Shown piece by piece: positions 49,321 to 61,085 of a stretch of DNA of 64,000 nt (the stretch's first letter is position 1; every line of letters begins with the position of its first letter). The notes below the pieces were generated by a model. That model did not search any database and was not told the DNA's origin. It saw only the letters and a list, made by a program, of their open reading frames with translations. The stretch is from Vicugna vicugna (Eukaryota): NCBI GenBank assembly GCA_013265495.1, contig MU058365.1, positions 310,001-374,000 on the forward strand. Direction: 5' to 3'. The position numbers and the translations under genes are program-made.

Positions 49321-51441
49321 ATTTCCTCCCCTTCCTTCTTCCAGTTGTCAGTTCAGGATCAGGGAAGTCTGGTGACTCTGACACCAAATTTTTTCCCTCC
49401 TCCTCCGCATCCTACCAAATAGCACTACAATATAGTGCTGGCTGGTTCCTCCTGCAAAGGCCTGGGGGGCAGAGTGGTAGTTGAATATTTGCAAACCCTT
49501 CTCTAAAGACTACCCTTCTCCAGAGTGACTTCCCCCCTCTCCCAATTGACCCTCTGGTCAGCAAGAGGCATCTTGGAGTTATCTTGAGAAAGCTGGACCA
49601 TGGGCAGGGGTAGGGGAGACTTCTGTGGCCTGAAGGAAGGTCTCACATCTTTCGTTCTGCTGGGGGCAATGTACCCTCCTTGCTGTGGGCCCACCGGGTG
49701 AACACATACCCCTTCAGTCCCCAAGGAGGCACTGAAGCCACTCTGCCCTCCCACACGGGATTGTTGGTCCCCCTCCTCCTGTCCTCCCACAGGCCCTTGG
49801 ATAAACTGGCATCATAACATCACGGTACGGTGTGTTTGCACGCTTGTCTTCTGAGCTTCTTCAAGGCAAGGCGCCGATCTGACTCATAGTCAACTCCTGA
49901 ATGCGTCATCCAGGGCCTGGCACCAAGAGAGCCTTCGGTGTTGGTAGAAAGACGAAACGAACTGGCAGATGGACAGACTAATGGAGCTTGTTGAGATGGG
50001 AGCTGCAGCCTCCAACCTTACGCCCCAACTTTTTTCCAGGGGATTGGGGGGGTATAAATAACCTTTCTCCCACACCAAACCTCCATCACCACCAGACTCA
50101 CAGTCCTTAAATTCTGGAGCAAGAATGGAACTCCCTCCCATCTCAACACCCCCTGCCCAGAGGCTTTTATTCACAAGACTACAATTCAAAGTGACGTAGT
50201 GCATATTTACTGAGAACCTACTGTGTTCACGGGACTTAGTGATGCAGTGAGAGGAAAGAGCCTGAAAGTGTTTTCAAAAAGTGACTGTGCTTTTAACCCA
50301 TCATTGACGTGGTTATGTTCACAACCGTCTTCATAAATGCAAAGTTCTCTCTGGTTCCTCTGATGGTTCTTTCTGGAAGTTTTTTAGACTTCAGCAGCAG
50401 TAGAGAGGGAACTGTGGGCAGCTCCCTAGTAAGAAATCTCCTTTCTTGCCAGGACACATGGGGTTTCCACCATGTGGGAAGTCCTGGCCCATAGGATTAT
50501 CCACAGCCAAATAAATCTTACCTTGTTCTCACAGTACTCTGAGAATTAGATTCAAGTGAGTGTTAGAACCACCTTAATGAGAGGAGAGTGTATAGGAGGG
50601 CAGTCTCAGCCCTTTAATGCGGGAGTCCTCTGTCCTGTGTATTGGACCCACTTCTCCCTTGTCATTGCTCAGCACCAGTCAGCCTAGAGACTCAAGGTCT
50701 TGGACTGGACCTGCCACAACCCCAGAGCAGGTGGTCTGAGCTAGCTGCACCTCCACCACATCATCCCTGCAGACAGGACGAACTCCTAGGAACTGCTGTC
50801 CAAGGCTTAACTCTTAGCTCAGCCTCATCCCAAAGTAGTCTGTTCTCCCAATCAGCACACTGCTGAATCCCAGGAAGGTTAACGGGGGGTGTTGAGAGGA
50901 GCAAGATGGCACCGAGTGAGAAGACCCAGTGGGAATCTCCATGGCAACAGCTGCCGGAGGGGCATCCGAGGAGGCAGGAGGCACCAGCAGCACCCAGCAC
51001 TGCCCTGGGAGAGCACAGAGGGAAGGCAAGATTCTGAAGGCACTGATACAGTCTCTCAGTCTGGGGTTTGGGGAGCAGAATTAGGAGGCTAGGGAGGCTG
51101 GGGCCAGGAGAAGAGCCCTTTGCAGGTGGCCGGTTTGGAAAAGCAAGGCTTGAGGGCTATTGGAGTTGCTTTGCTGCAGGCTCTTCATTTAGGTCCCAGT
51201 TTTGGACCCCCCTCACTGCTATCTTCCCCTGCTCTGTGCATCCTTAGCTCTTACCCACCACAATGACAGCGATGGCCATTAGCTTGCTGGGAGGCCACCT
51301 AATAAGGGGGCCCGCTGTGTCATAGCACCAGGAGACCTGCCAGGTACCTGCCTGCAGCGGTGGGGAAGTGCTCGGCTCTCACAGCTCTCGCCATCTGCTC
51401 CCTAGCGCCTCCCTCACCAGTCTCTCCCCCTCTCTCTGCAG

Positions 51442-51564
51442 TCCCACCCCCTGTACCTGTGCAACGCCAGCGATGATGACAACCTGGAGCCTGGATTCAT
51501 CAGCATCGTCAAGCTGGAGAGTCCCCAGCGGGCCCCCCGCCCCTGCCTGTCACTGGCCAGCAAG
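51442..51564 (+). CDS. RNF43: RNF43 exon 3 (codons 85-125, PA domain)
   Basis: Acceptor 'ctctctctgcag|'; [41 protein letters not shown]; donor AAG|GTAGAT; 123 nt. Confidence 0.97.
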
Positions 51565-52787
51565 GTAGATTCACACTTGATCCCTACACACTCCGAACTT
51601 CACCCAACTTTGGGCTGTGAGGCCCCTGTGCTCTTTGTCTGCTTGTTTCCTGAGAGTGATGTGCCCAATTCAGGTTTTCCTAACCCGTGCCTGGGCTGAG
51701 AGGCGTGGCAGTTCAGGCCTCTGTCCTTCTCCCGCCAACCAGTTACCTGCAGAACATTCTGGCTGTCATCTAGTGTATGCACCCCCCCAGCCCCTCCCAT
51801 CACCTGGCATTTCCTACACCCCTTCCCCTGCCCAGCATCAGAGCAAAGAGGGGATTGACTAGAGAGCTTTTCCATCTTTCAGAAATCTTTATCGAGCACC
51901 ATTCAAGAAGAGCAGAAACAGAAGCCCTTGCCCCTAAAAAGTTTACACTCTTCCTCCGAGATTGCAAACTGGTGGCCCCACATTTCTACAGGACACCACT
52001 AGCCGGAGCTGACAGCAGCTGCCACCTTTCCGCAGCCGTGGGCTCTCTGGTTTGCCATGCTCCCCACTGGCTTGCTACCTCACAGATGCTGGAATCCCTG
52101 CTTCAACATTACTGTTTTCTGTGTTTATCACCTGCCAGGTGGGACATGGGACAGATACTTTTGACATAGTAGTTCTCATTTACTTTTCACAACAATCAGG
52201 AAAACTAGACATTATTATTCTCTATTTGACATATAAGACAAGTGAAGATCGGAAAACTTCAGGAACTTGCCAGGGTGAAGGGGCGGAGCTGAGATCTGAA
52301 CTGAGCCTTGTCCAGTTCTCAAACCTGGGCTGTTCGTCTCTGCTCTGTTGCCTCCCATTCTGGCTGGGAAAACTGAACATAGCTGAAAAGGTGCTCATGG
52401 TGACCTAAGCCAGAGTGTAGCTAGATGGTGGCTGGCACCGTCAGGCAGACTTGGGGGAGGGGTCCTGCTCCCAGGGGTGGTGAAAGAGGAGGGTGACGGT
52501 CCCTACCTGTGCCCAGACCCCACCAGGGACTTCCTGATCTTCTCAAGGGCTGTTTCCTGAGCCGTGAGTCTCAAGGAAACAGCCTGGATTCTTCCCTGAT
52601 CCCACAGCGGGCAGGGATGTGGGCAGGACTCTGAAATGTGGTGCCCACAGGTAGGTGAAGATATTCTGCCAGCCTGGCCATGCTGATGCAGAAGAGGGCT
52701 GCAGGGGAGGTGGGAAACAGGGGCCAGGACACATCTGAGGAATAGAGAATGTGGTGTCTCTGCCAGAGTGTGAGGTCCTTAACAGTG

Positions 52788-52821
52788 GCAGAATTTCGTG
52801 AGGCGCAGAATTTCGTGAGGC
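52788..52821. repeat. Perfect 17-bp tandem duplication
   Basis: GCAGAATTTCGTGAGGC x2. Confidence 0.9.
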
Positions 52822-53789
52822 GGAAGCTACCCTGCTTCTGGCTAGTTCATTTCCCTTGCTTTGCAGAATAGGGGCAAATGTCATTCATTTATTCATGAGC
52901 GCTTGGTGTGAGGCAGTGTGGGTGCGAGGAGGCAGGGGAGGGAGATAAGATGGAAGGGGGAAGAAGAGTTCGGGGGAGATCTGTTCTTCTGAAGCACACG
53001 TGTGGGAACACTCAGCAGCCCGTAAGGAAGTGTCTGCATAGAAGGTTTTCTTCCTGTCGCTAGAGGACCACGCTCCTGTGGGAGAAATGAGCCACGTGCC
53101 CAGACATTGGGTAACAGGGAACACGTGGTCAGTGCTCTTTCAAGTACTGAATTCATCTTTGGGGGCTTTGTTTCCAACACTGTAAAAGGGGACTTTTATT
53201 TCCTACCCCAGTGATCCTTGTGAGGATGGAAATAATGTATGTCAGGTCCATATAGTGCCTGCGCTAACTCAAACAGAAACGGGAACCGGCAGTGGGGCCG
53301 AAGATGCACCCTGGCTGCTGCCCATAACCTCTCTTCTTCCTTAGGTCGCCGCCCGGGCTCCTCCCCGGCCACAGCCTTTGCCCCCATCTCTCTGGGGGTG
53401 CGGCTCCCACCACAAGCTTCCCTCAGGTCTCTCATCCTTCTGCTTGACCAAGTCAGACCTACCCGGGATCCCCTGGCCCAGAGGAGGTCTGGGAAGGCAG
53501 TAATGTGGATCTCCGAGCTACTTTTTATATTTCAGACGTCCCACTGGCTTAACTAAAATATTCTTTTTTTTTTTTTGCTCTTGGTGGGAATTCTATTAGT
53601 TTAATATATTAATACAAGTTACCTCATTAAAAAATGAGTTGTGTGTAATAAATGTAGTTAGTTTGATAAGACATATTTAAAAAATTTGGCTCACAGGAAG
53701 CATAGAGGAAAGATGGGTCTTTGGTGAGGAAATTGGAAAACCACTGGCCTCAGTCAGCTCTGCTCTAGCACAATGATTAGGCTCAGTAG

Positions 53790-54050
53790 TGCTGTCACCG
53801 TCTGCAGAGCTGGACTCTAGAGCCAGACAGCCCCGGGCCTGGAGCCTGGCGTCCCCACTGCCCCTCAGTGTGACAGTGGACACTTCAGCTCACTCCTCTG
53901 AGCCTCTGTCTCCTCATCTGTGAAAAAGGAACGGAGGGGCTGACATCACACAAAAGTTATGAGGATTAAGGAGACCGCACAGATGTGCCCCGTGCTGAGC
54001 ACACAGCAGTCACTCAATAAATGATGGCAAGTGTCACTATTGTCATCATT
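53790..54050 (+). mobile_element. MIR
   Basis: 'ctggactctagagccagacagccc...ctctgagcctctgtctcctcatctgtgaaa...tatgaggattaa...cactcaataaatg'. Confidence 0.75.
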
Positions 54051-54384
54051 GGCTCTGTCATCCCATGCTTTCCGTTAACAAGGTTGGTCTGTTTCGTTCA
54101 GTTATCTCTCTTGATCTCTTGAAGCCCTCCCCATAGTTTTTCTGGACTCTTTCATTCTTGTCAGCACCACCACCTCCCTCCCCCTATCCAGTCACCCGAT
54201 TGGCCTCTGTTTCTTTAGCAGCAACTCCATACGCAGCCATCCTTGTGATTACACAGGCCCTCCTCATCTCATGCCTGGACTGGAGCAGGGGCCTTTTGCC
54301 CGGTAGAAGGAGCTCTGGAGGCCAAAATATGGGTACAAGCCCCGCCTCTCTTACTGTAGAGACCACTCCCTGGTACCCAGGTAC

Positions 54385-54750
54385 TCGGAAGGCTGAAGTC
54401 CTGAGTGGGCATTCTGCCTCCACTGCTTATCAGCTGTGTGACCTTGGGCAAGTTGTTTGGTCTCTCTGAGCCTTGGTTTCCTCAGTTCAAAAGTGGGGCT
54501 GATGACCAGCTTGTAAGAGCTGTTGTGAGGACTAAGTGAAACCAGGTACACAAAGCACAGTAATTGCTGATATAATAATAACTAATACTTTGCTAAGGCT
54601 TTACATGGATTACCTCATTAGTCCTCAGAATAACCCTATGAAGTAGGTCCTACAGAAAGGAAAACGGAGGCACAGAGCAGTTACGTGACTTGCCCAAAAT
54701 CTCACACCTGTTAGTTGATAGCAGATTTCGGATTCAGACCTCAGCAGTCC
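54385..54750. mobile_element. Tail-to-tail inverted MIR pair (+ copy ~54385-54565, - copy ~54575-54750)
   Basis: + copy 'gctgtgtgaccttgggcaagtt..ctctctgagccttggtttcctc'; - copy 'ctcattagtcctcagaataaccctatgaagtagg..gtgacttgcccaa'. Confidence 0.75.
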
Positions 54751-57286
54751 GGGCAAAGTGGGTCTCAGTAAAGGTCATATCTCTTCTACTTCTTCCTACC
54801 CTTGCCTTTAAGCCTAGGTGAATCTCTACCACGTGATTATGCGTCATTCTGGAGGGCCTGGCCTTCCCTGGCTTGGCGCCCTGGGCACCGTGGGTGCTCG
54901 GTCCACCTTTGATGAGAAGGAGATACGCAGTGACTGTCGCTGGGTCTGGAGAGGAAAAAGTCTAAGGCCCGGGGAAGTGCAGAGAGTGTAGCGTAGAAGT
55001 CCTGGAACATGTTGGCTTCCATTGCTAAAGGCTGTGGGCAACCTGCTTGTCGCTCTTAGAAGGCTGGCTGACTCTTTGCAGCTCCCCAAGAGGTCTCCAG
55101 GGTGTCTTTCTAAAGCCCATTCTTTCTGTCTGGAGGGCTTGCCCTTTCTGTCTGTCTTCCAGAGTCTAATCCCAGAGGAAGTACTTCCTTTTCTCCCTCC
55201 CTCCCTCCCACTTGCTTGAGCGCAGTGCAGACAGCCCCAGTGTGGGCTGCCACCTGGCCCCAAGTCTTGCTTTTCGATTCCTAGAACCCTGGACACAGGC
55301 ACCCATTGCCTGAAAGTCCTGTTTGTTTCCCCTGTTGGCCAACCCTCACTCTTTGATCACTTTTACAACTTTGTAATTATGGGCTGTAATGGGCTGGGGT
55401 GTTTGAACGTCAGGGTAATTACTTTCCACTGTTTCTACCCCAATCCTTCAAAGCGAGAGGGGTGGGGAAGTAAGAAAATCTCCAGAGAAGGAAGTCTGTG
55501 CCAGTCCCTCCTGCCCTTTCAGGCCCGGCTGGGTCCAGGGTCTCAGTCTGGGGATGAGAAACAAGGGGCCCTGGTAGCACTGAGGATCTAGGAGTCTCAG
55601 TTCTGTGACTCCTGGGGTGACCTCCCCACCCGTTGCCAAGTCCCGGACCGTGGGATTAGCAGTAGGAGGCCTTCTTCTCTCCCCTGGGGCTGCTCCCGTA
55701 CCCTGGTTTGGAGGGCACTGAAGACTGGAGAGCTGCTTTTGCCTGGGGCCCCCGAGGCAGGGTGGACCTCCTGGGAGAAGGTGGGCTGAAGGAGGATGAA
55801 GGCTGTGACCCCTCGGTTTCTTCAGCTGTTCCAGCCTGGAGTCCTGTGAATTTCCAGTCAATTAGCCTGTGGAGCGGGCCGGGCCGGGCCTGGGTGCTGG
55901 TAGAGGGAAGGAGGGAGGGAAGAGGGCAGTTACCCTCCTGACCAAAGCAGGCCCCACTTGCCTGTAGGCTGCCTGTTCTGAGGGGCCCCCCAGCCCCTGC
56001 TGCCACCTGGGGAGTGGGGACCAGGGAGCGGAGAAGGAGCCGCTCCCCTGGCCTGCTGGCGGGAGACCTGTCCCGACAGGATCCCGGGGAAGGGAAGCGA
56101 GATCACAGCGCTCCCGAGTGTGAGTAAGCCGGCGGCTCCTCCTCCAGCCTCCACGACTTGCAGAAGGATTAACTCCTTCAGTGCCTGCTGGAAGGCCTTA
56201 ACGACTCAGCAGGCCCCCAGGGACTGAGGCCCCAGCCCGAAGCCATTACATGGTGAGCCTTTGCTCAAGGGAGGAAGGCTAGAGAGGATGTTCAGGGAGG
56301 GAGAACTGGCACTGAGGCGCAGCAAGGACTGTCTGTTGGTCCTTTGCCCTGTGCCTCCACCGCACCCTCAGCTCTTATCCTCATTCTCTTACCCCACACC
56401 CAGAGGCCTAGATTCCTGCTTTTTGTTCTCTTTGTGGCTTGGCTGTCTGCTCTGCCTGGTCGTAGCCTGGGAGAGCACGCGTGTGCGCATGTGCACAGTT
56501 CTGACCTTGTAGGAATGGCCTCTCAGGACCCTTCCTCCCTGCACCCCCCCCCCGCCCCCGTCTCTACTGCCACCCCCAGCGAGGGGGTGAAGGGGTAAAG
56601 CACTGGACAGGGACTCCATGAAGTCCTTGAATTGGAGCCAGGGAAAGAGGTGGCAAACTAGAGTATGGCAGGGAGCGGCCCCTGAGATGGGCTGAGCCTG
56701 GGGCTGTCACAGATGCCTTGGGTGGGAGCAGCTTCCCAGGCTCTTGGAAACTTGCCCGAGGCTGGGGGTGGGGTGGGGTGGGGTGCTCTGCAGGCTCCTC
56801 TCGTCAGGCAGGGCTGGACCCTGGAAAGCCCAGCTCTGCTCTGAAGGAGCACCCCACCTCTCTGCTGTCCCCCTGTCCCTGTCTGTGCTGGGGACCAGTC
56901 ACCCCCTGGCAGGTACTGGTCACTCCCTACTCTGTTCTCGCACTCAGTGAAGGTAGACCGGTGGAGCCCTGAGGGCAGGGCCTGTGTCTGATTTGTGCTT
57001 AGGCCTAGAGCCTAGCCCACCGCCTGGCACCAGCTAAACCCTATTAACGGTTTGTTCCATTTCAAAGGGAAGGACTGAATTTTGTCCTTGAAGGCAGTGG
57101 ACCTGGGTGAGCTCGGGGCAGGGCGGGGCAGGGGGTCCTAATCCCACTGACCCCTTGCAGGTGTTATATATGTGAGTGTGCAGAGGTGCGGTGTGTGCAA
57201 AGTCCTAGAAAGGGACGTGTGAGCAGGGCAGGCCAGGGCATGGGTGGGCCATGTCTTTCTCTGACCCCTGCTGTGTGTCTCTGCAG

Positions 57287-57361
57287 GCCCGGATGGCAGG
57301 CGAGCGAGGAGCCAGCGCCGTTCTCTTTGACATCACGGAGGATCGGGCTGCTGCTGAGCAG
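57287..57361 (+). CDS. RNF43: RNF43 exon 4 (codons 126-150)
   Basis: Acceptor 'tgtgtctctgcag|'; [25 protein letters not shown]; donor CAG|GTACCC; 75 nt. Confidence 0.97.
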
Positions 57362-57473
57362 GTACCCAGGGACGTGGGGTGTTTGAGGAGGGGGCTGAAC
57401 AGAGGAAGAGAAAGTTCCCGGGGAAGGAGAAGTCAAGGCACAGCCACCGTTGTGGGCACTTTCCCTCCTGCAG

Positions 57474-57605
57474 CTGCAGCAGCCCCTGGGGCTGACATGG
57501 CCAGTGGTACTGATCTGGGGTAATGATGCCGAGAAGCTGATGGAGTTTGTGTACAAGAACCGAAAGGCCCATGTGAGGATTGAGCTGAAGGAGCCGCCGA
57601 CCTGG
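57474..57605 (+). CDS. RNF43: RNF43 exon 5 (codons 151-194)
   Basis: Acceptor 'ttccctcctgcag|'; [44 protein letters not shown]; donor TGG|GTAAGC; 132 nt. Confidence 0.96.
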
Positions 57606-58217
57606 GTAAGCACTCCAGATCTCCAGCGCCAGCCCGAGCACCTGCTCTCACCCTGGCTTTGTCCTGCAGCGGCTCCCACCAAAAGCCTTGGAACCAAAGA
57701 GATCTTAAAACCCTCTAGCCGAACTCCATCCACCAGCTGTACACCTCTAGGCAGGTTTCTTCCCCTCTCTGGGCCTCATCTGCAGAATGAACAGATTGGA
57801 TCAGCTGAGATCTAAAGTTGTTTGCAGCATTGTGGTTTCATGGCATACAGTAGCAGAGCCAGAATGCAACCATGGTCCCTGGGCCCCCTGACACCTGGCT
57901 GGTGTTTCTCTGTGAACTAGGAAACTCACCCAGCTGCTCACTGGGCAGCTCCCACCTTGCAGAGGGGTCCTTTCCCCCTTTCTCCAAGCACACAGTCTTG
58001 AGACAGTACCTCTCACGGCTGACGTCTAGAGGACCCTCCCCTGCGAGTGTCCATGGGCAGAGAGGGACCACCTAAGCCCCCCTGTAGCCTCCTCCCCTCT
58101 GCTGGAAGACTCAAGGGGCCCTTCATGCTCAGTGTCTCCTGGGCTCCTGCAGTTCTCCCAGACTGGCCCCACTCCTTTCAGAAGTATGACCCTTTCCCTC
58201 TTTGCTTGCTCCCCCAG

Positions 58218-58322
58218 CCAGATTATGATGTGTGGATCCTCCTGACGGTGGTCGGTACCATCTTCGTGGTCATCCTGGCCTCCGTGCTGCGCATCCGGTG
58301 CCGCCCCCGCCACAGCAGGCCG
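58218..58322 (+). CDS. RNF43: RNF43 exon 6 (codons 195-229, transmembrane helix)
   Basis: Acceptor 'gctcccccag|'; [35 protein letters not shown]; donor CCG|GTGAGC; 105 nt. Confidence 0.97.
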
Positions 58323-58489
58323 GTGAGCAGGGTGGGCTCCCTGGTGGAGGTGGGCGTGTGCGTGTGCGTGTGTGTGAGAGGGTGGGGAGGAGAGAAAAAG
58401 TGAGAAAAGAAGCTGCCCTTATGCCCATGAAACAGTTTACACCTAAATAGCCCGACAAATGACTGTTGATTTCCAGCAGCCTCTTCCAT

Positions 58490-59545
58490 AGAATGAATGC
58501 TCATCTGTTCATGCATTCAACAGAGCGAGCTCCTGTCACATGCCAGGTGCTGTCCCAGGTACTAGGGGTAAAGCAGTGAGCAGGAAGACAGATCCCTCCC
58601 TTGAAGAGCTTTCAGCCTAGTGGAGACAGACAATAACAAAACAAAGAAGTAAAATATATAGTATTTTAGGAGGTGGTATGTGCCAGGGAGAAAAATAAGA
58701 TAGAAAAAGGGAGGGAATGCAAAGGGCACAGGGTTAGTTTTCAGAAGCAAGGCCAGGGAAGGCCTCATTGAGAGGATGACATTACAGGAGAGACCCTAAA
58801 TGGGTGAGGGGGTGATCTGGGCAGATACCTAGGGAGAAAGTGATGGAGGCGGAGAACACAGTAAGTGCCAAGACACTGAGGCAGAAGTGTGCCAGCTATG
58901 TCTGAGGAGCTGCAAGAAGGCCCCGAGGCTGGAGTCAAGAGAGTAAGAGGGCAGAGTAGGAGGCGAGGACAGAGAGTTCATGGGGGCCCAGTTGTACTGG
59001 GCTGTTTCAGCCACGGTCAGGACTTCATTTTTCGCTCTGGGTGAAATGGGAGCCACTGGACGGTTTCAAGCAGAAAGAGAGCCATGATCTGACTTAAGAT
59101 TTAACTGATTTAAGATTTAACACGGCTGTGATGAGACAGATTACAGGGAGGCTAGGCTGGAAGCAGAGAAACCAGCCCAGAGGCTATTCTACAGGAGTCC
59201 AGGTGACAGTGGTGGTAGCTTGGATTATGGAGGAAGCAACAGAAGTGGTGAGATTAGTTAGACGCTCGGTGTACTTTGAAGGCAAAGCCGGCAGGTTTTC
59301 TAAGGGATTGATCATGGAGTGTGAGGAGAGTCAAGAATGGCACCGAGATTTCTGGGCTGAGCAACTATAAGGACAGATTGTCACTTGCTGGGATGCGGAT
59401 GACAGGGGAGGACTTGTGTGTGGTTAGGGGTGGTTCGTGGGATTAGGAGTCAGAACCTGTTAGGTTCGATGTGCCTATGAGATTTCCAACCTGAGATGTC
59501 AAGCAGGCAGCTGGATAAAAAGTCACGTTTATGGGTCATCGAGAG
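58490..59545 (-). mobile_element. L2 (L2a-type) ~1 kb fragment filling most of intron 6
   Basis: 'tcatgcattcaaca...tgccaggtgctgtcccaggtactagggg', 'ggccagggaaggcctcattgagaggatgacatt', 'gggtgaaatgggagccactgga', 'gagatgtcaagcaggcagctggata'. Confidence 0.85.
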
Positions 59546-59755
59546 AAGGAAAATGTAATGTTATGAGTGGAGGGATGGGGTGGGAGGGCATGGCCTGTGC
59601 GGCAGAGCCATGTATGAAGGCCGAGGACACAGACTCCCAGGGGTGGTCAGATGGTCATGTGATGTAAATGAGTGACGGGGAACCGAGTGCAAGCTGGAGT
59701 CGGGGGTAAGGAGAGAGGACCCCTCGCCTCATTCCGACTCCAACCCTCTTCCCAG

Positions 59756-59917
59756 GATCCCCTTCAGCAGCGAACAGCCTGGGCCATCAGCCAGCTGGCC
59801 ACCAGGAGGTACCGGGCTGGCTGCAGGAGGGCCCGGGCTGAGTGGCCAGACTCGGGTAGCAGCTGTAGCTCAGCTCCTGTGTGTGCCATCTGCCTGGAGG
59901 AGTTCTCTGAGGGCCAG
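59756..59917 (+). CDS. RNF43: RNF43 exon 7 (codons 230-283, start of RING-H2)
   Basis: Acceptor 'cctcttcccag|'; [19 protein letters not shown]...[15 protein letters not shown]; donor CAG|GTAAGG; 162 nt. Confidence 0.97.
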
Positions 59918-60084
59918 GTAAGGCAGGGCTGTGGTTCCCCTCGGACCAGGCTGGAGAGGGAGGCTGGAGCTTGTGAGGGGAGTCACTTAAGGCTGGTGTG
60001 GGTGCTTGGGCTGCATCTGTGTCCTGTGCATCCTGCACGGACAGCCCTGAGGTTTCGTTATTTTCCTGGTCTCCAGGGAAAGAG

Positions 60085-60280
60085 AACCACTGTTTGTTGA
60101 GTGTGTACCCTGTGCCAGGCTCTGCAGTGGGCATTATCTCATTTTAGCCTCATGACTGTGAGAGGTGGGGGTAGATTAATTTTTTAGCCTCATTTTGCAG
60201 CAGAAAACTGTTAAGAAACTTGCTCAAGGTCATGCAACTAAGTGGCAAACTCCAGCTGTACTTGATACCAAAGCCTGTGC
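60085..60280 (-). mobile_element. MIR
   Basis: 'gtttgttgagtgtgtaccctgtgccaggctctg...cctcattttgcagcagaaaactg..aacttgctcaaggtcatgcaactaagtggca'. Confidence 0.7.
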
Positions 60281-60378
60281 CTTTTGTGTTCTACTAGGAG
60301 GTCTTTGAAAGCAGGTGACAGCAATAGGGAGAGGCCAGAGGGAGTCAGGGATGCCCTGCTTCCTGGCCACTGCTGTAG

Positions 60379-60585
<207 letters not shown>

Positions 60586-61085
60586 TGAAGCTGAAGAGAA
60601 GGCGGGCCTGGCTCAGTGGTTCTTTAAGCTGTGCACTGCTCAAGAGTGCCTCATCCGCAGGGGCCAGCCATTCCATTGCAGACATCTTTACTACGTATTC
60701 TCACCACTACACAACTTTGTTGATTCTAAATCTGGGTGATTTGTATATTATTCCGGTTTTCCAGCAATAAAGTATCCTAACGAAACCAGGATATTATGAC
60801 AATTTTCTAAAAAGTGAAAATGAAGTATCTAGAAAGAGAACCGTTTTCTAATTTACACAAAGGTGCAGTATAGGCTAGCAGTGGCCCCGGGTGAGGGTCC
60901 CAGACGGGCTGATGGGAGGAGCAGGGCTTGCCGTGCACAGTGGCACTCCCAGGGAGTGTCCTTGGTTCTCCAAACGGAACTTGAAGGCTATGTGGGCTGT
61001 TAGGTCCGCTGCAGCCACACTTTTCTGAACGCATCCTCCTTAGGTTTGTGGAGTCAAACACCTTGCTCTTGGCTCTTTCTTCCAG

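Noticed and set aside
57164..57733. 189-aa minus-strand ORF
   Set aside because: Antisense shadow of GC-rich exons 4-5.
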